The position numbers and the translations under genes are program-made. Shown here in pieces: positions 20,288 through 29,965 of a stretch of DNA of 64,000 bases. How positions within the stretch are numbered: the first letter of the stretch is position 1; every line of letters starts with the position of its first letter. Below the pieces are notes generated by a model. The model was given only the letters and a program-made list of their open reading frames with translations, was not told where the DNA came from and did not search any database. The stretch covers positions 87,158-151,157 of the forward strand of contig JBAYVT010000002.1 in assembly GCA_041674405.1 (NCBI GenBank), given 5' to 3'. The DNA comes from Patescibacteria group bacterium. Its GTDB lineage: Bacteria > Patescibacteriota > UBA1384 > XYA2-FULL-43-10.

Positions 20288-20980
20288 TTAATTCGCCTGT
20301 GTTGATGCTTCTTCTCCGACCTTACCAAACAGATTCTTGAAAAACATCGTCCAGAAAGAGCTGGAAACATCCGTGGTTTTTTGTTCGACTTTCACAGCAT
20401 ATTTTGGATCATCGCGAAGCCCTAGTTGGTCTGCATACATTGTGGCATAAATTTGCTGATATTTTTTAACGTTGTAAACGTAATTTCTTGTCTCTTTAAA
20501 AGGAATATTACCGAGAATCCCTAAAGCAATCCATTTGTCAGCATTTCCAGTTCCCGCATTATATCCTGCCAAAGCCGCGTCGATATTACCGCTGTATTTT
20601 ACCAAAAGATCGCGAATATGGGCAGCGCCAAAATTGATCGAAGTTTCGGGATCAAAAATATCATAATTTGTCATACCCACTTCTTTTGCCATGGTATTCG
20701 CAGTGCCCGGCATAAACTGCATAAGCCCTTTTGCGCCCTTGCTTGATTGAGCAGTCGGGTTAAATCGTGACTCCTGCATAATTACTGCGGCTACAAGCGA
20801 CGGATCAACTCCATAAGCACGAGAATACTGAACAATCCAATTCTCGTATTTAAGCGGCACTATCGTGTCGGCCAACATCCCCGGCAAATAAAAGAATCCA
20901 GCTACAAGCATGACTAAAATCAAGCCAATAATTACAAGTAAATTTACTTTCGTCTTTTTTTTCATCGAACCCCTCTGCAA
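20288..20980 (-). CDS. lytic transglycosylase (SLT domain), membrane-anchored
   Basis: 230 aa with an N-terminal TM. The SLT motif is …ESRFNPTAQSSKGAKGLMQFMPGTA…. Confidence 0.8.
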   Translation of the reverse strand: MQRGSMKKKTKVNLLVIIGLILVMLVAGFFYLPGMLADTIVPLKYENWIVQYSRAYGVDPSLVAAVIMQESRFNPTAQSSKGAKGLMQFMPGTANTMAKEVGMTNYDIFDPETSINFGAAHIRDLLVKYSGNIDAALAGYNAGTGNADKWIALGILGNIPFKETRNYVYNVKKYQQIYATMYADQLGLRDDPKYAVKVEQKTTDVSSSFWTMFFKNLFGKVGEEASTQAN

Positions 20981-21102
20981 TAAGTCTCTTATCCATGCTT
21001 AGTAGTCTTAGCTATTGGTCCGCTGTAAACTACAAAATCCTAACTATCGACTAAAATATTACCACAGATAAGACCCAAAGAAAAGATAAGACTTAAATCA
21101 AA

Positions 21103-21131
21103 TATCACTTGGCGGCTCCCGAACTTTTCGG
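21103..21131 (-). terminator. intrinsic terminator (GGCGGCTCCCGAA-AAGT-TTCGGGAGCCGCC) downstream of small ORF 21161..21360
   Basis: A 13-bp GC-rich perfect stem followed by a T-rich tract on the minus strand. Confidence 0.65.
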
Positions 21132-21160
21132 GAGCCGCCCAGCCCTCCCCGTATGCTCGC

Positions 21161-21360
21161 CTAGGATTTGGTCGCTGCCCTCTTGCCGTCTCCGACGACA
21201 ACAAAGATCAGCGCAAGACCAATGGTGAGCATCACTACCGGACCCAGGAGATGATGTTCCAGCCACTGCCGCGACCCGTCACTCCAAATGCTGCCTACCA
21301 GGACGACAGCTGCGCCCGAAACAAACATCAGCCCTCCCATCAGGTGCAGGAACCTCATCA
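21161..21360 (-). CDS. small G+C-rich membrane protein (two TM helices)
   Basis: MMRFLHLMGGLMFVSGAAVVLVGSIW...VVMLTIGLALIFVVVG... GGAGGG sits 8 nt upstream of the ATG. The ORF track extends it 16 codons further upstream. Confidence 0.45.
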
Positions 21361-21442
21361 TAATATTCCCTCCATGTAGGAATCGGTGCTCAGCACAAGA
21401 ATAACACAAAAATCTGCACTTGTTTTAATTAATGCAGATTTC

Positions 21443-21531
21443 TGGTGCCCGGAGCCGGGGTCGAACCGGCACGATGTTTTACCATCATTGGATTTTAAGT
21501 CCAACGCGTCTACCAATTCCGCCATCCGGGC
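21443..21531 (-). tRNA. tRNA-Leu (anticodon TAA), long variable arm, CCA encoded
   Basis: The reverse complement folds as GCCCGGA/TCCGGGC acceptor, anticodon stem TTGGA/TCCAA with loop CTTAAAA, and T-loop GTTCGACC. Confidence 0.85.
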
Positions 21532-21566
21532 ACATCAATATTAATATTTTACTTTAAAGCACTAAT

Positions 21567-22535
21567 CTACTCAACTTTCCAACCTTCTTTTTTCTTCACG
21601 ATTTTCCCCTCAATCGAGAATCCTGATGCTCGCTTATGGCCTCCGCCACCAAATAATCCTGCGATCTGTGCCACATCGATATCATTGCGCTCCGTTCGAA
21701 GGCTGCCCTTTAATCTACCATCAGAGGTCTCATAAATCAACATTGCCATCTTGTTTCCATCTGTTGAGTTTATCAAATTTACAATTCCAGAAACCTCCTC
21801 GTCTGTCGCTCGCGCCTCTTCGATGTCGGTTCTAGTTAAAAAAGAATATACAATTCCCAAATTTTTCTTTGTAGTCATTCTCGACAAGGCGATTCCCCAA
21901 AGTTTTAAGGTCGAGATTGATCTTGATTGAGTTAAACTTTTTGCAATTTCTTTCAGTTTTGCCCCTTTGTGCATCAGTTCAGACGCAATTAGCAAAACCT
22001 TCTCTGTGGTGTTTTGGTGCTGAAATCCGCCCGTATCGTAATAAATTCCTGTTAAAAGCGAAGTTGCCATGTCGCGATCAATATCCACGCCCCAAAGTAT
22101 GAAAAGATCATACAAAAGCTCACAGGTTGAAGACGCATCAGGATTCGCGATGTTAATTTTTGCAATTTTCCAGATATCATTTTGAATGTGGTGGTCAATA
22201 TTAACCAGCGGTACATTATTTTTCTTCGCAGATAGAATTCTAGAGTAAAACCCGGTTCTCTTTAAATCACCATTATCCAAAAGAATGATCGCGTCATAAT
22301 CCCCAGACAAATAATCTGATCTAATCTCGCTAAAATTTTCAATAAAAGAAAATATTGGAGAGGGATCAGTAGCTACTACAATCCTAGAAGACTTCCCGAG
22401 CGCTTTCAAATAACTGGCAAAAGCAGATAAGGCACCGAGGGCATCTCCATCCGGATTTTCATGCCCGATCAACAGAAAATTAGATCCCTCGGCGATTAGC
22501 TTACCAAGTTTTTGAGCAAGTTCAACTTTAATCAT
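21567..22535 (-). CDS. nrnA: DHH-DHHA1 family phosphoesterase (NrnA-like oligoribonuclease / pAp phosphatase)
   Basis: 322 aa with …LLIGHENPDGDALGA…DHH…. Confidence 0.8.
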   Translation of the reverse strand: MIKVELAQKLGKLIAEGSNFLLIGHENPDGDALGALSAFASYLKALGKSSRIVVATDPSPIFSFIENFSEIRSDYLSGDYDAIILLDNGDLKRTGFYSRILSAKKNNVPLVNIDHHIQNDIWKIAKINIANPDASSTCELLYDLFILWGVDIDRDMATSLLTGIYYDTGGFQHQNTTEKVLLIASELMHKGAKLKEIAKSLTQSRSISTLKLWGIALSRMTTKKNLGIVYSFLTRTDIEEARATDEEVSGIVNLINSTDGNKMAMLIYETSDGRLKGSLRTERNDIDVAQIAGLFGGGGHKRASGFSIEGKIVKKKEGWKVE

Positions 22536-22540
22536 TTAAT

Positions 22541-23035
22541 TTATGGTTTGGGTCGTAAGATAAAAAACTTTCGCTCTTCGTCCGGCAAATCAAGTTTTTT
22601 AATTTTGAGCGTATCAATATCTTCTTCAACAATTCCCTCGGTTTTTTTGAACTCTGAAATATCAGAGTAAAGCATAGGAATAACAGTCCTTGGGTCAATC
22701 TTAGCAATCAATGCACTGGCATCTTTCATATCTAGAGTGCCATCTTCTCCTAAGGGGAGTATTAAAATATCAATATCCCCAATCTCCTTAATCGCTTCAT
22801 CAGAAATCATTGCCTTTAGTCTTCCGCCATAACAGATCGCCATCGCCTCGGCATGAAGTACAAAAACGCAACCATCTCCATTCGGCTTGATTGCCTGAAC
22901 AAATACACCTTTTCTTTCATATTCACCCGGACCTGAGATTTCAAATCCATCAATATTGATGTTATCAGACAATGCTATCACAGCATCTTTTGTCTTAATT
23001 TCAAATTTTTCCTTGCCCAAATATGTTATTTGCAT
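22541..23035 (-). CDS. hypothetical protein, possibly degenerate MBL-fold (no HxHxDH motif)
   Basis: A 164-aa ORF between rpsA and nrnA. It is weakly reminiscent of UPF0173-type metallo-hydrolases but lacks the metal ligands. Confidence 0.35.
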   Translation of the reverse strand: MQITYLGKEKFEIKTKDAVIALSDNINIDGFEISGPGEYERKGVFVQAIKPNGDGCVFVLHAEAMAICYGGRLKAMISDEAIKEIGDIDILILPLGEDGTLDMKDASALIAKIDPRTVIPMLYSDISEFKKTEGIVEEDIDTLKIKKLDLPDEERKFFILRPKP

Positions 23036-23072
23036 GGCTCCTCCACCTAGTTAGTCACTAGAAACTTAGGAA

Positions 23073-24320
23073 TTATTCTTCTTTGTTCTTCCCTTTTGTT
23101 TTTTTCTCGGTTTTTTTATCACCAGCTGGTTCGTTCTTTTCAGCTTTTTCCCCTGATTCTTCTTTCTTTTCAGATTTTTTTGATTTTAAATCTTTCAAGC
23201 TCAAGCCCAACCTATGGCTTTCTGGCTCGATAGAGATTATCTTGAATGTGTATTCTTTGCCAAGTTCAACCACTTCTCCTGGATCAACGATATGTTCGTC
23301 AGAAAGTTCAGAAACATGGACAAGACCATCGATATCATCTCCCAGAGAAACAAAGGCACCAAATGGTGTAATCTTTGTAATAGTGCCTTTGACCTCACTG
23401 CCCACTTTAAATTTGGAGGCGGCTTCTACCCATGGATCCGGAAGTAAACGTTTGATTGATAATGAAATTTTACCTTCATCTACCCCAATAATCATAATTT
23501 TAACTTCGTCGCCGACTTTGTAAAGTTTAGAAAGGTCGGAGACTCTGCTCCATGACACTTCGGAAATATGGACCAGTCCTTCAATTTGTGGATCCAAACT
23601 CACAAACAAGCCGAAGTCCACAATTCCTGTGATTTTTCCAGCAACTTTATCCCCAACTTTATATTTATCAATTTTAGTTTTAACTTCCTCGGCCCTTACT
23701 GCTTTTTCGGAGAAAATGAGTTTATTATTTTCTTTATCGCAATTGATAACCTTAACCATAAGTTCGGTACCAATAAATTGTCGCAATCGATTCAAAATTT
23801 CGTCTTTATCACCACCGGAAACTCGTGGATAATTGGCTGGTGAGAGTTGAGACACTGGTAAAAATCCCTGAATCCCGCCAATATCGGTCATGAGGCCGCC
23901 TTTATTCGCATCAACAATCTGAATTGCAACCGGTTCTCCAGATTCAAATTTCTGTTGCATTTCAAGCCAATATTTTTCCCGGTCAGCCCGCTTCATAGAG
24001 AGCACCACATTACCCTCTTCGTTGTCCATGGAGATAACTGAGGCATAAACGGCATCGCCCTTAGCAAGACCGGCTTTTGAGGTAATTTCTTTTTCGGGAA
24101 TAAAACCAAGTGATTGGCCCATCACATCAACCCAAATTCTGTTTCCTCCAACAGCAAGAACTTTGGCTTCAACCATATCTCCTTCAACAAATGGTAAAAT
24201 GTCGTCGCCCATCTCTTCCATGAGCGCTTTCATTGAATTTTCATCTGTTTTTTTGTTTTCTTTTTTCTCTTTTTTAACTTCTGCTTCTACCAATTCTTCA
24301 TCCGCTACAACTTTTTTCAT
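23073..24320 (-). CDS. rpsA: 30S ribosomal protein S1-like (four S1 domains, Lys-rich C-terminal tail)
   Basis: 415 aa with repeated S1 OB-fold signatures (…GDxVxGKVxxIxxFGxFVxL…). Confidence 0.75.
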   Translation of the reverse strand: MKKVVADEELVEAEVKKEKKENKKTDENSMKALMEEMGDDILPFVEGDMVEAKVLAVGGNRIWVDVMGQSLGFIPEKEITSKAGLAKGDAVYASVISMDNEEGNVVLSMKRADREKYWLEMQQKFESGEPVAIQIVDANKGGLMTDIGGIQGFLPVSQLSPANYPRVSGGDKDEILNRLRQFIGTELMVKVINCDKENNKLIFSEKAVRAEEVKTKIDKYKVGDKVAGKITGIVDFGLFVSLDPQIEGLVHISEVSWSRVSDLSKLYKVGDEVKIMIIGVDEGKISLSIKRLLPDPWVEAASKFKVGSEVKGTITKITPFGAFVSLGDDIDGLVHVSELSDEHIVDPGEVVELGKEYTFKIISIEPESHRLGLSLKDLKSKKSEKKEESGEKAEKNEPAGDKKTEKKTKGKNKEE

Positions 24321-24376
24321 CTACTCTCCCAACTAACACATTAATTATAAATAAAATGAACAAGATCGGCGTGTGT

Positions 24377-24769
24377 TTATTTCCTTTTTTTGCTCTTGGG
24401 TAAATATTTTTGATATTTTTCCTCGGCAAATTTTTTATTATTCATCTTTGGGATATACCTTGCCATCCAAATTGTTAAATAAGTCAACGAGGCAAGGAGA
24501 CCGGCAATGATCACAAGCAACACAATTCTGGCTGATAAATAAGGAAGGCCCTCATGCCGAGCAAAAACATAAATCAATCCCAATATCCCGCCCGTTAAAT
24601 ATATGTAGAATTGCCTGTTTTTTATTTTCCTATCTTGTTTCGAAAATTTAATTAGAATTGCGAATACAATAAGCGCAACAAATATTATCAAATAATACAA
24701 GTTCAAGCGACTCTCCGCTGGGGCAGATTTGAACAAATAATCGCTGTTAAAAATTTTCGAAAAATCCAT
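24377..24769 (-). CDS. hypothetical membrane protein (3 TM helices)
   Basis: A 130-aa hydrophobic ORF with no recognisable motif. Confidence 0.45.
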   Translation of the reverse strand: MDFSKIFNSDYLFKSAPAESRLNLYYLIIFVALIVFAILIKFSKQDRKIKNRQFYIYLTGGILGLIYVFARHEGLPYLSARIVLLVIIAGLLASLTYLTIWMARYIPKMNNKKFAEEKYQKYLPKSKKRK

Positions 24770-24843
24770 AAAAACCTTGGTTATTTAAGGCTCCTTGACA
24801 AGAACCAACGGGTACCCTTTGGTTCGAGTGAAACGAGTCTAAT

Positions 24844-24919
24844 GGTGGGCGCTAAGGGAGTCGAACCCCTGACCTACTCGGTGTAAACGAGTCGCTCTAA
24901 CCAACTGAGCTAAGCGCCC
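24844..24919 (-). tRNA. tRNA-Val (anticodon TAC)
   Basis: The reverse complement is GGGCGCTTAGCTCAGTTGGTTAGAGCGACTCGTTTACACCGAGTAGGTCAGGGGTTCGACTCCCTTAGCGCCCACCA. The anticodon loop TTTACAC gives TAC. Confidence 0.85.
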
Positions 24920-24928
24920 CTTTGAAAC

Positions 24929-25297
24929 TTATTTCACATCAACTCGCAGTTTCTCAAATTCTTCGTAATCACATATTATCTCTTGCCCTTCTTTAATATC
25001 TTCGATCGCGAAATACTCATTGCCCTGCATCTTGACGTTGGGATCTTTGGAATGATTACAGAAGCGAATGTTATCGAAGGATGAGTGCCATTTGCCAGTA
25101 TGCTTTGACAAGTAGCCAAAATGTCGAAATGATTCTTGCTCACCTGGTCTCAAATTTCCGAATTCTTCTTGAGTCAGAATCACATCAAGTTTTGGGCTGT
25201 AGTCAACTACTTTGGTTCCCTTTTTAATATCTTCGCCAGCGAAAAGACCAATCCCATCTATCGTGCTTTTATCTAAATAGGTTTTTACAAAAAGCAT
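24929..25297 (-). CDS. SET-domain protein (putative lysine methyltransferase)
   Basis: Motifs …DGIGLFAGEDIKKGTKV…RFCNHSKDPN…GQEIICDYEEF… are present. The start is assigned to the Met of MLFVKTYL (SD AAAGAGG 6 nt upstream). The 16-codon N-terminal extension in the ORF track is a translated tRNA-Leu 3' fragment. Confidence 0.7.
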   Translation of the reverse strand: MLFVKTYLDKSTIDGIGLFAGEDIKKGTKVVDYSPKLDVILTQEEFGNLRPGEQESFRHFGYLSKHTGKWHSSFDNIRFCNHSKDPNVKMQGNEYFAIEDIKEGQEIICDYEEFEKLRVDVK

Positions 25298-25315
25298 AGA
25301 GCCTCTTTGTATTAT

Positions 25316-25336
25316 TGGTGGGCGAAAGAGGACTTG
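25316..25336 (-). repeat. 21-nt duplicate of the 3' end of tRNA-Leu(GAG) (TGGTGGGCGAAAGAGGACTTG)
   Basis: An exact 21-nt match to positions 25463-25483 of the intact tRNA, 127 nt away, reading as an att-like remnant. Confidence 0.6.
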
Positions 25337-25462
25337 GTCACGCATTAAAATCTGCTAATTTTGTGCTCGACCCCGCCTCATTCCCGTCGGAATTCCGGCT
25401 TTCAAGTCCTTAAACTATCCAATACCCCACATAGCTCATTCTTCGAATGAACGATATGGGGT

Positions 25463-25548
25463 GGTGGGCGAAAGAGGACTTGAACCTCCACGGGATTGCT
25501 CCCACAGCCACCTCAAGGCTGCGTGTCTACCAATTCCACCATCCGCCC
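25463..25548 (-). tRNA. tRNA-Leu (anticodon GAG), long variable arm
   Basis: Anticodon stem-loop CAGCC-TTGAGGT-GGCTG. An imperfect 17-bp inverted repeat follows at 25423..25459 as a likely terminator. Confidence 0.85.
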
Positions 25549-25655
25549 ATAAAATGAAAATTCTCGGCCAGCCCGAGAATATCTAAATATCTATTCAAGC
25601 TAGCTTAATAATTTATAAGCAAAGTATATCAAAAATTATTACGGAAGTAAATACA

Positions 25656-26837
25656 CTATTCGGCTTTTCTCCTCAAGAAGTTGATTGCCAGCAAAATAAA
25701 CAAAACAAGAAAACCAATTAGTATTAATAAATTTGGCCAAACATCAAAAAACTCCATATTGAGCAAGTTAACTTCGCGCATCGCCCTGATTGAATATGTA
25801 AATGGCACAATCAACGAAATATTTTTGATATAAGGGTGTATGGTCTCAGATTGAAATAAAAACGGGGTTAGAATTAGGGTCAAATAGAACACTATTACCC
25901 CGACCTGAATCGATTCTTGCAGAGAATGAGTCACTGCCGAAATCAGAATCCCCAAGGCAATCGCCGTTTCAGCAGTAATAAACATAATTATCCCGACCAA
26001 CCAAATCGGACCAAGAGAAACTTCAAAAAATATTTTTAAAGTTGATATCACCAATACCGACAAAATGATCGCAACAAACGAGAAAGCGATAAACTTTCCG
26101 AAAATCATCTGCGATTTACGATAAGGAGTAACAAAAAAACGCTCAAATGTCCCCTCAGACCGCTCACTGGTGATTGAAATCGTTGATAAGTTTATCGCAT
26201 TGATTATCATCAAAAGAACCATCAGGGCAGAAAGAAAATAGTCAAAATATTTAAGGCTTTTTGTGGTATTTTTTTCTTCCGCTATCCTGATTGAATCTTC
26301 TTCAATGCTTATGCTGGTATGATTTTTTGTAACAAGTTTGAGTTGTTCAGGATCATGGATAATTGTTTCAATTTGCTTCTGTAAATTGCCTTCCGCCTGG
26401 ACTTTGACATTTTGCCCAGCAAAACCAGCGAGCGAGCCCTCCACAGCATCGACCACAAGCATTTTGACCCTACCGCTAAGATCAGGCACTGTTGAATTTT
26501 CAACAATCCGAATTTTCCCTTTAATCAGATTCTCTTCCTCTGCAATATCGACAATGACCGCTGAGCGAAATTTATCGTTTTTTACCCCCTCCAAAGCCTC
26601 CTTTTCACTGGATTCGGATGAAAAATTTATCCTCTCCTCATCTTCTAAATTCTGGACGATTTCTTCAGAATATTTATTCGAGTCGACATTAAATAATGAC
26701 ACCCTGATATCTTTTGGCTCCTGCCAAGTTACTAGCCCGAGAAAAATCACGACTATTATCGGCTGGGTAAGAAAAAGAAGAAACCACCGCCTGTCTCTTA
26801 CAAATTTTTTCAACTCATAAAGTGCAATTTTTAACAC
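25656..26837 (-). CDS. ABC-2 type exporter permease
   Basis: 393 aa with an N-terminal TM, a large extracytoplasmic loop and a C-terminal 5-6 TM bundle. It is adjacent to an ABC ATPase. Confidence 0.7.
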   Translation of the reverse strand: MLKIALYELKKFVRDRRWFLLFLTQPIIVVIFLGLVTWQEPKDIRVSLFNVDSNKYSEEIVQNLEDEERINFSSESSEKEALEGVKNDKFRSAVIVDIAEEENLIKGKIRIVENSTVPDLSGRVKMLVVDAVEGSLAGFAGQNVKVQAEGNLQKQIETIIHDPEQLKLVTKNHTSISIEEDSIRIAEEKNTTKSLKYFDYFLSALMVLLMIINAINLSTISITSERSEGTFERFFVTPYRKSQMIFGKFIAFSFVAIILSVLVISTLKIFFEVSLGPIWLVGIIMFITAETAIALGILISAVTHSLQESIQVGVIVFYLTLILTPFLFQSETIHPYIKNISLIVPFTYSIRAMREVNLLNMEFFDVWPNLLILIGFLVLFILLAINFLRRKAE

Positions 26838-26844
26838 AAAACTC

Positions 26845-27558
26845 CTAAATGTTTGCTAGTACTTCCTGTAGATTCTTCGCCCTGTGCCTTGCAATTATTT
26901 GTTCTGGACTTCCCTCAATAATTATTTTTCCTTCGCGCAGAATTATCAATTGATCACACAGAGTTTGGGCTTCATCCATATAATGTGTAGTGGTGATGAT
27001 TGTCGCTGTTTTTTTCAATTCAAAAGTCAGCTGCCAAATTTTCTCCCGGGCAACCGGATCGAGCCCCATCGTTGCCTCATCAAAAAAAAGTATCTGGGGT
27101 TTATGTACTATCGCACAAGCGATTGATAATCTTTTAGCCATTCCGCCAGATAAATTTTTTACAAGCTTAGCTTTAGAACCAAGAAGATCAACCATTTTCA
27201 GAGTTTCGGAGATTCTTTCATTTCTATTGCCGTCATATTTATAAGCACTAAAAAAGAAATCAACGTTTTCCCAAACCGACAAGTTCAAGTAAAGAGCATC
27301 TTTTTGCGGCACGTATCCAATATTTTGGCGAATCTCTTGAGCATTATTTATATAGTCTAGACCTTCAATTTCTATTGAGCCACTGGTGGGCGAAAGAATT
27401 GTCGCCAACATTCTAAGCGTGGTCGTTTTGCCCGAACCATTTGGGCCAAGAATGCCAAAAATTGTATTTTTTAAAACCTCAAAAGAAATGCCGGAAACAA
27501 CTTTTTTTGTTCCGAATATTTTTGTTAGCCCAGATGTTTTGATAACTGTATTGTTCAC
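26845..27558 (-). CDS. ABC transporter ATP-binding protein (ABC-2 exporter subfamily)
   Basis: 237 aa with Walker A GPNGSGKTT, signature LSGGMAKRL and Walker B ILFFDEAT. Confidence 0.9.
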   Translation of the reverse strand: MNNTVIKTSGLTKIFGTKKVVSGISFEVLKNTIFGILGPNGSGKTTTLRMLATILSPTSGSIEIEGLDYINNAQEIRQNIGYVPQKDALYLNLSVWENVDFFFSAYKYDGNRNERISETLKMVDLLGSKAKLVKNLSGGMAKRLSIACAIVHKPQILFFDEATMGLDPVAREKIWQLTFELKKTATIITTTHYMDEAQTLCDQLIILREGKIIIEGSPEQIIARHRAKNLQEVLANI

Positions 27559-27657
27559 TCTACAAATAATAACACGAATCTTAAATGATTATTAGCCGAG
27601 ACGAATCAAAAAGACAGGGTGCTGCCTGTCTCAATTATATTCGCTTAAAATTTTGGA

Positions 27658-27743
27658 TGGTGGGCGCGAGAGGACTTGAACCTCCACGAGATTGCTCTCA
27701 CAGCGTTCTGAACGCTGCGTGTCTGCCATTCCACCACGCGCCC
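27658..27743 (-). tRNA. tRNA-Leu (anticodon CAG), long variable arm
   Basis: Acceptor GGGCGCG/CGCGCCC and anticodon stem-loop CAGCG-TTCAGAA-CGCTG. Confidence 0.85.
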
Positions 27744-29246
27744 TTATTTTGACACACGCCTTTCGGTGATAAACCACTGCGTAATATTTGCAAACATGTC
27801 TTGTGGTTTATTTGCCCTGATGTTCCCTATTCCATGTATATTCGATTTTACTGAAAAATTGTACTTTGAATATGGAAAAAATACAATCAGATTCTGGTTT
27901 TTAACCGATTCAAAAAACTGATCATATTTAGCATTTCGGGCAACAGAATCCGAAATCATCCGCGCATCTTCCAAAAGAATATCCGAACTCTTATCTTTAT
28001 AACCCGCCAAATTCATCGCATCCGATTGGCTTCCATGCCAGAAAACATATGGATCCCTATCATAACCATAGTCAAATCCATACAATATTAGATCATAATT
28101 TCGTTCCAAAATTGCATTTGGATAATCCACCGACTTAACAAAATTTGCTTCAATTTCAATATTTGCCGCATTGGCTTTTTGGATTAACTCATCAGCTTTG
28201 TCTCTTTGGGCTTTAGCATCCAGCGCCAAGAGTCTCACCTTGATCTTATCTCCGGGCAAAAATTGCATTATGCGTGATCGAATATCGACATTCGCCATAT
28301 TTGGTTGGCGCAAGTTTGCAATTAAAGCAAGCTGCCTCTCTGTTTCAAAATCTTTATTTTGAAAATCGTCATTTGGATTTGGAAGTCCCGCAGTGGCTTG
28401 ATAATTATTGATTAATGAGGTCGCAAGTGAAATCTGGGCGTCCGGAAAGGCATCAAAAGAAATATCTTTTATATACGGCGAACCATTAAAATAATTTCGA
28501 TTGGCAGAAAGGGTTACTTTTTTTCCGCCTCCATTTTGGATACTCAGCGTCTTTATAAATTTATATGGGCCAGTCCCGTTGAAATTATCAACCAGGGATG
28601 AATTTACATCGTCCTGTGAAATTATCCCCTGAATACATTGGTAGATAAATGGGCCATATGGTCGAGGCAAAGTAAATGTAACAACACTCGGGTCGGGTGA
28701 TGTCACATCCACATCTTTCCACTCATCGAGGTAAGCACTTTTTATATTAGGATCTTGAATTAAATTAATGGTTGAAATTACATCTGCCGCACTAAAATTT
28801 TGTCCGTTATGAAAAGCAATCCCGTTTTGCAATTGAAAAGTATAAACAAGTCCATCGTTTGAAATCTCCCAACTTTTTGCCAAATCAGGTATTACATTTC
28901 CATCTTCGCCTATCTTCACTAAACCATCATAAATTAGTCCGGAAATTGATTTTTCTGCATCAGATTTAGCAAGCACAGGATTCAAATATTTAACGTCACC
29001 CAATACTTCTTCGTTATACGATCCGCCAAATGCAGGAATTGGTTCAGTATTTGAGATAAATAACTGATTGCCCTTGATTACAATGAGTATGATAGCCAAA
29101 ACTGAAAACACGATCGAAATAATTCTTTCGCTTGGAGACATCAAACTTGCACTTTTTGCAATCCTTTTAGAAAAGGCAGCAATTAAAGCGAATAAAGATT
29201 TCAAAACCCGCCCTCTCGATATCCCCTTTGATTGTGAGAAATTCAT
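27744..29246 (-). CDS. extracellular solute-binding protein, family 5 (Opp/Dpp-type), N-terminal TM anchor
   Basis: A 500-aa SBP_bac_5-like sequence with a hydrophobic N-terminal anchor and no lipobox. No cognate Opp permease lies nearby. Confidence 0.7.
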   Translation of the reverse strand: MNFSQSKGISRGRVLKSLFALIAAFSKRIAKSASLMSPSERIISIVFSVLAIILIVIKGNQLFISNTEPIPAFGGSYNEEVLGDVKYLNPVLAKSDAEKSISGLIYDGLVKIGEDGNVIPDLAKSWEISNDGLVYTFQLQNGIAFHNGQNFSAADVISTINLIQDPNIKSAYLDEWKDVDVTSPDPSVVTFTLPRPYGPFIYQCIQGIISQDDVNSSLVDNFNGTGPYKFIKTLSIQNGGGKKVTLSANRNYFNGSPYIKDISFDAFPDAQISLATSLINNYQATAGLPNPNDDFQNKDFETERQLALIANLRQPNMANVDIRSRIMQFLPGDKIKVRLLALDAKAQRDKADELIQKANAANIEIEANFVKSVDYPNAILERNYDLILYGFDYGYDRDPYVFWHGSQSDAMNLAGYKDKSSDILLEDARMISDSVARNAKYDQFFESVKNQNLIVFFPYSKYNFSVKSNIHGIGNIRANKPQDMFANITQWFITERRVSK

Positions 29247-29265
29247 GAGTTTCCTTATCTCTCAA

Positions 29266-29481
29266 TCATCCGAGAAATACCGTGAGAAGCGCCGAGACGC
29301 AAAATAAGACTGCAAGCACTATTGTGGCATAAAATAAAGTTTTTTCGATTCCCCTTCTGGATCGATATACATTGCCCTCACCGCCAAAGACCATACCAAG
29401 ACCAGAGCCCCGTTGCTGCAAAAGAATGGCGATCGTGAGCAAAACTGCGAAGATGATCTGTAAAATTTTAAGGGTAAAAAT
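29266..29481 (-). CDS. secG: preprotein translocase subunit SecG
   Basis: MIFTLKILQIIFAVLLTIAILLQQRGSGLG.... The longer ORF 29266..29784 in the track reads through three tRNA genes and is rejected. Confidence 0.7.
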   Translation of the reverse strand: MFTLKILQIIFAVLLTIAILLQQRGSGLGMVFGGEGNVYRSRRGIEKTLFYATIVLAVLFCVSALLTVFLG

Positions 29482-29570
29482 CATAATTTCCTCAGTAAAT
29501 AATGGTCTGCCACGCGTAATGATGTTTCGATTGCGAACCCGTAGGTTTCGAATCGAACCAGAATGAAGTG

Positions 29571-29645
<75 letters not shown>

Positions 29646-29646
29646 A

Positions 29647-29720
29647 TGGAGGCCTGGACCGGAATTGAACCGGTGTACGCGGTTTTGCAGACCGCTGCGT
29701 AACCACTCCGCCACCAGGCC
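29647..29720 (-). tRNA. tRNA-Cys (anticodon GCA)
   Basis: GGCCTGGTGGCGGAGTGGTTACGCAGCGGTCTGCAAAACCGCGTACACCGGTTCAATTCCGGTCCAGGCCTCCA. Confidence 0.85.
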
Positions 29721-29745
29721 GAGACAAAACGCGCGTATTATGGCT

Positions 29746-29820
29746 TGGAGCGGGTAGCGGGAGTCGAACCCGCATCTTATCCATGGCAAGGATACATAAT
29801 AGCCGCTATACGATACCCGC
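29746..29820 (-). tRNA. tRNA-Gly (anticodon GCC)
   Basis: GCGGGTATCGTATAGCGGCTATTATGTATCCTTGCCATGGATAAGATGCGGGTTCGACTCCCGCTACCCGCTCCA. Confidence 0.85.
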
Positions 29821-29965
29821 AAAACCACCAAAAAATAATGTTTGCCAAAATACTACAAGCAAAATAATAGCAAAGAATCAATCTTGTGTAAAGCTATATT
29901 ATGCGGTATAACTATTATAGTTTATATCTTTCAGTATTTAATTCGTTCGAAAGATTGATAAAATT

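Noticed and set aside
25337-25462. Mobile element between the tRNA-Leu fragment and the intact tRNA-Leu
   Set aside because: Only about 125 nt separate them, with no ORF. It is more likely a deletion-scarred att remnant or a terminator region than a current element.
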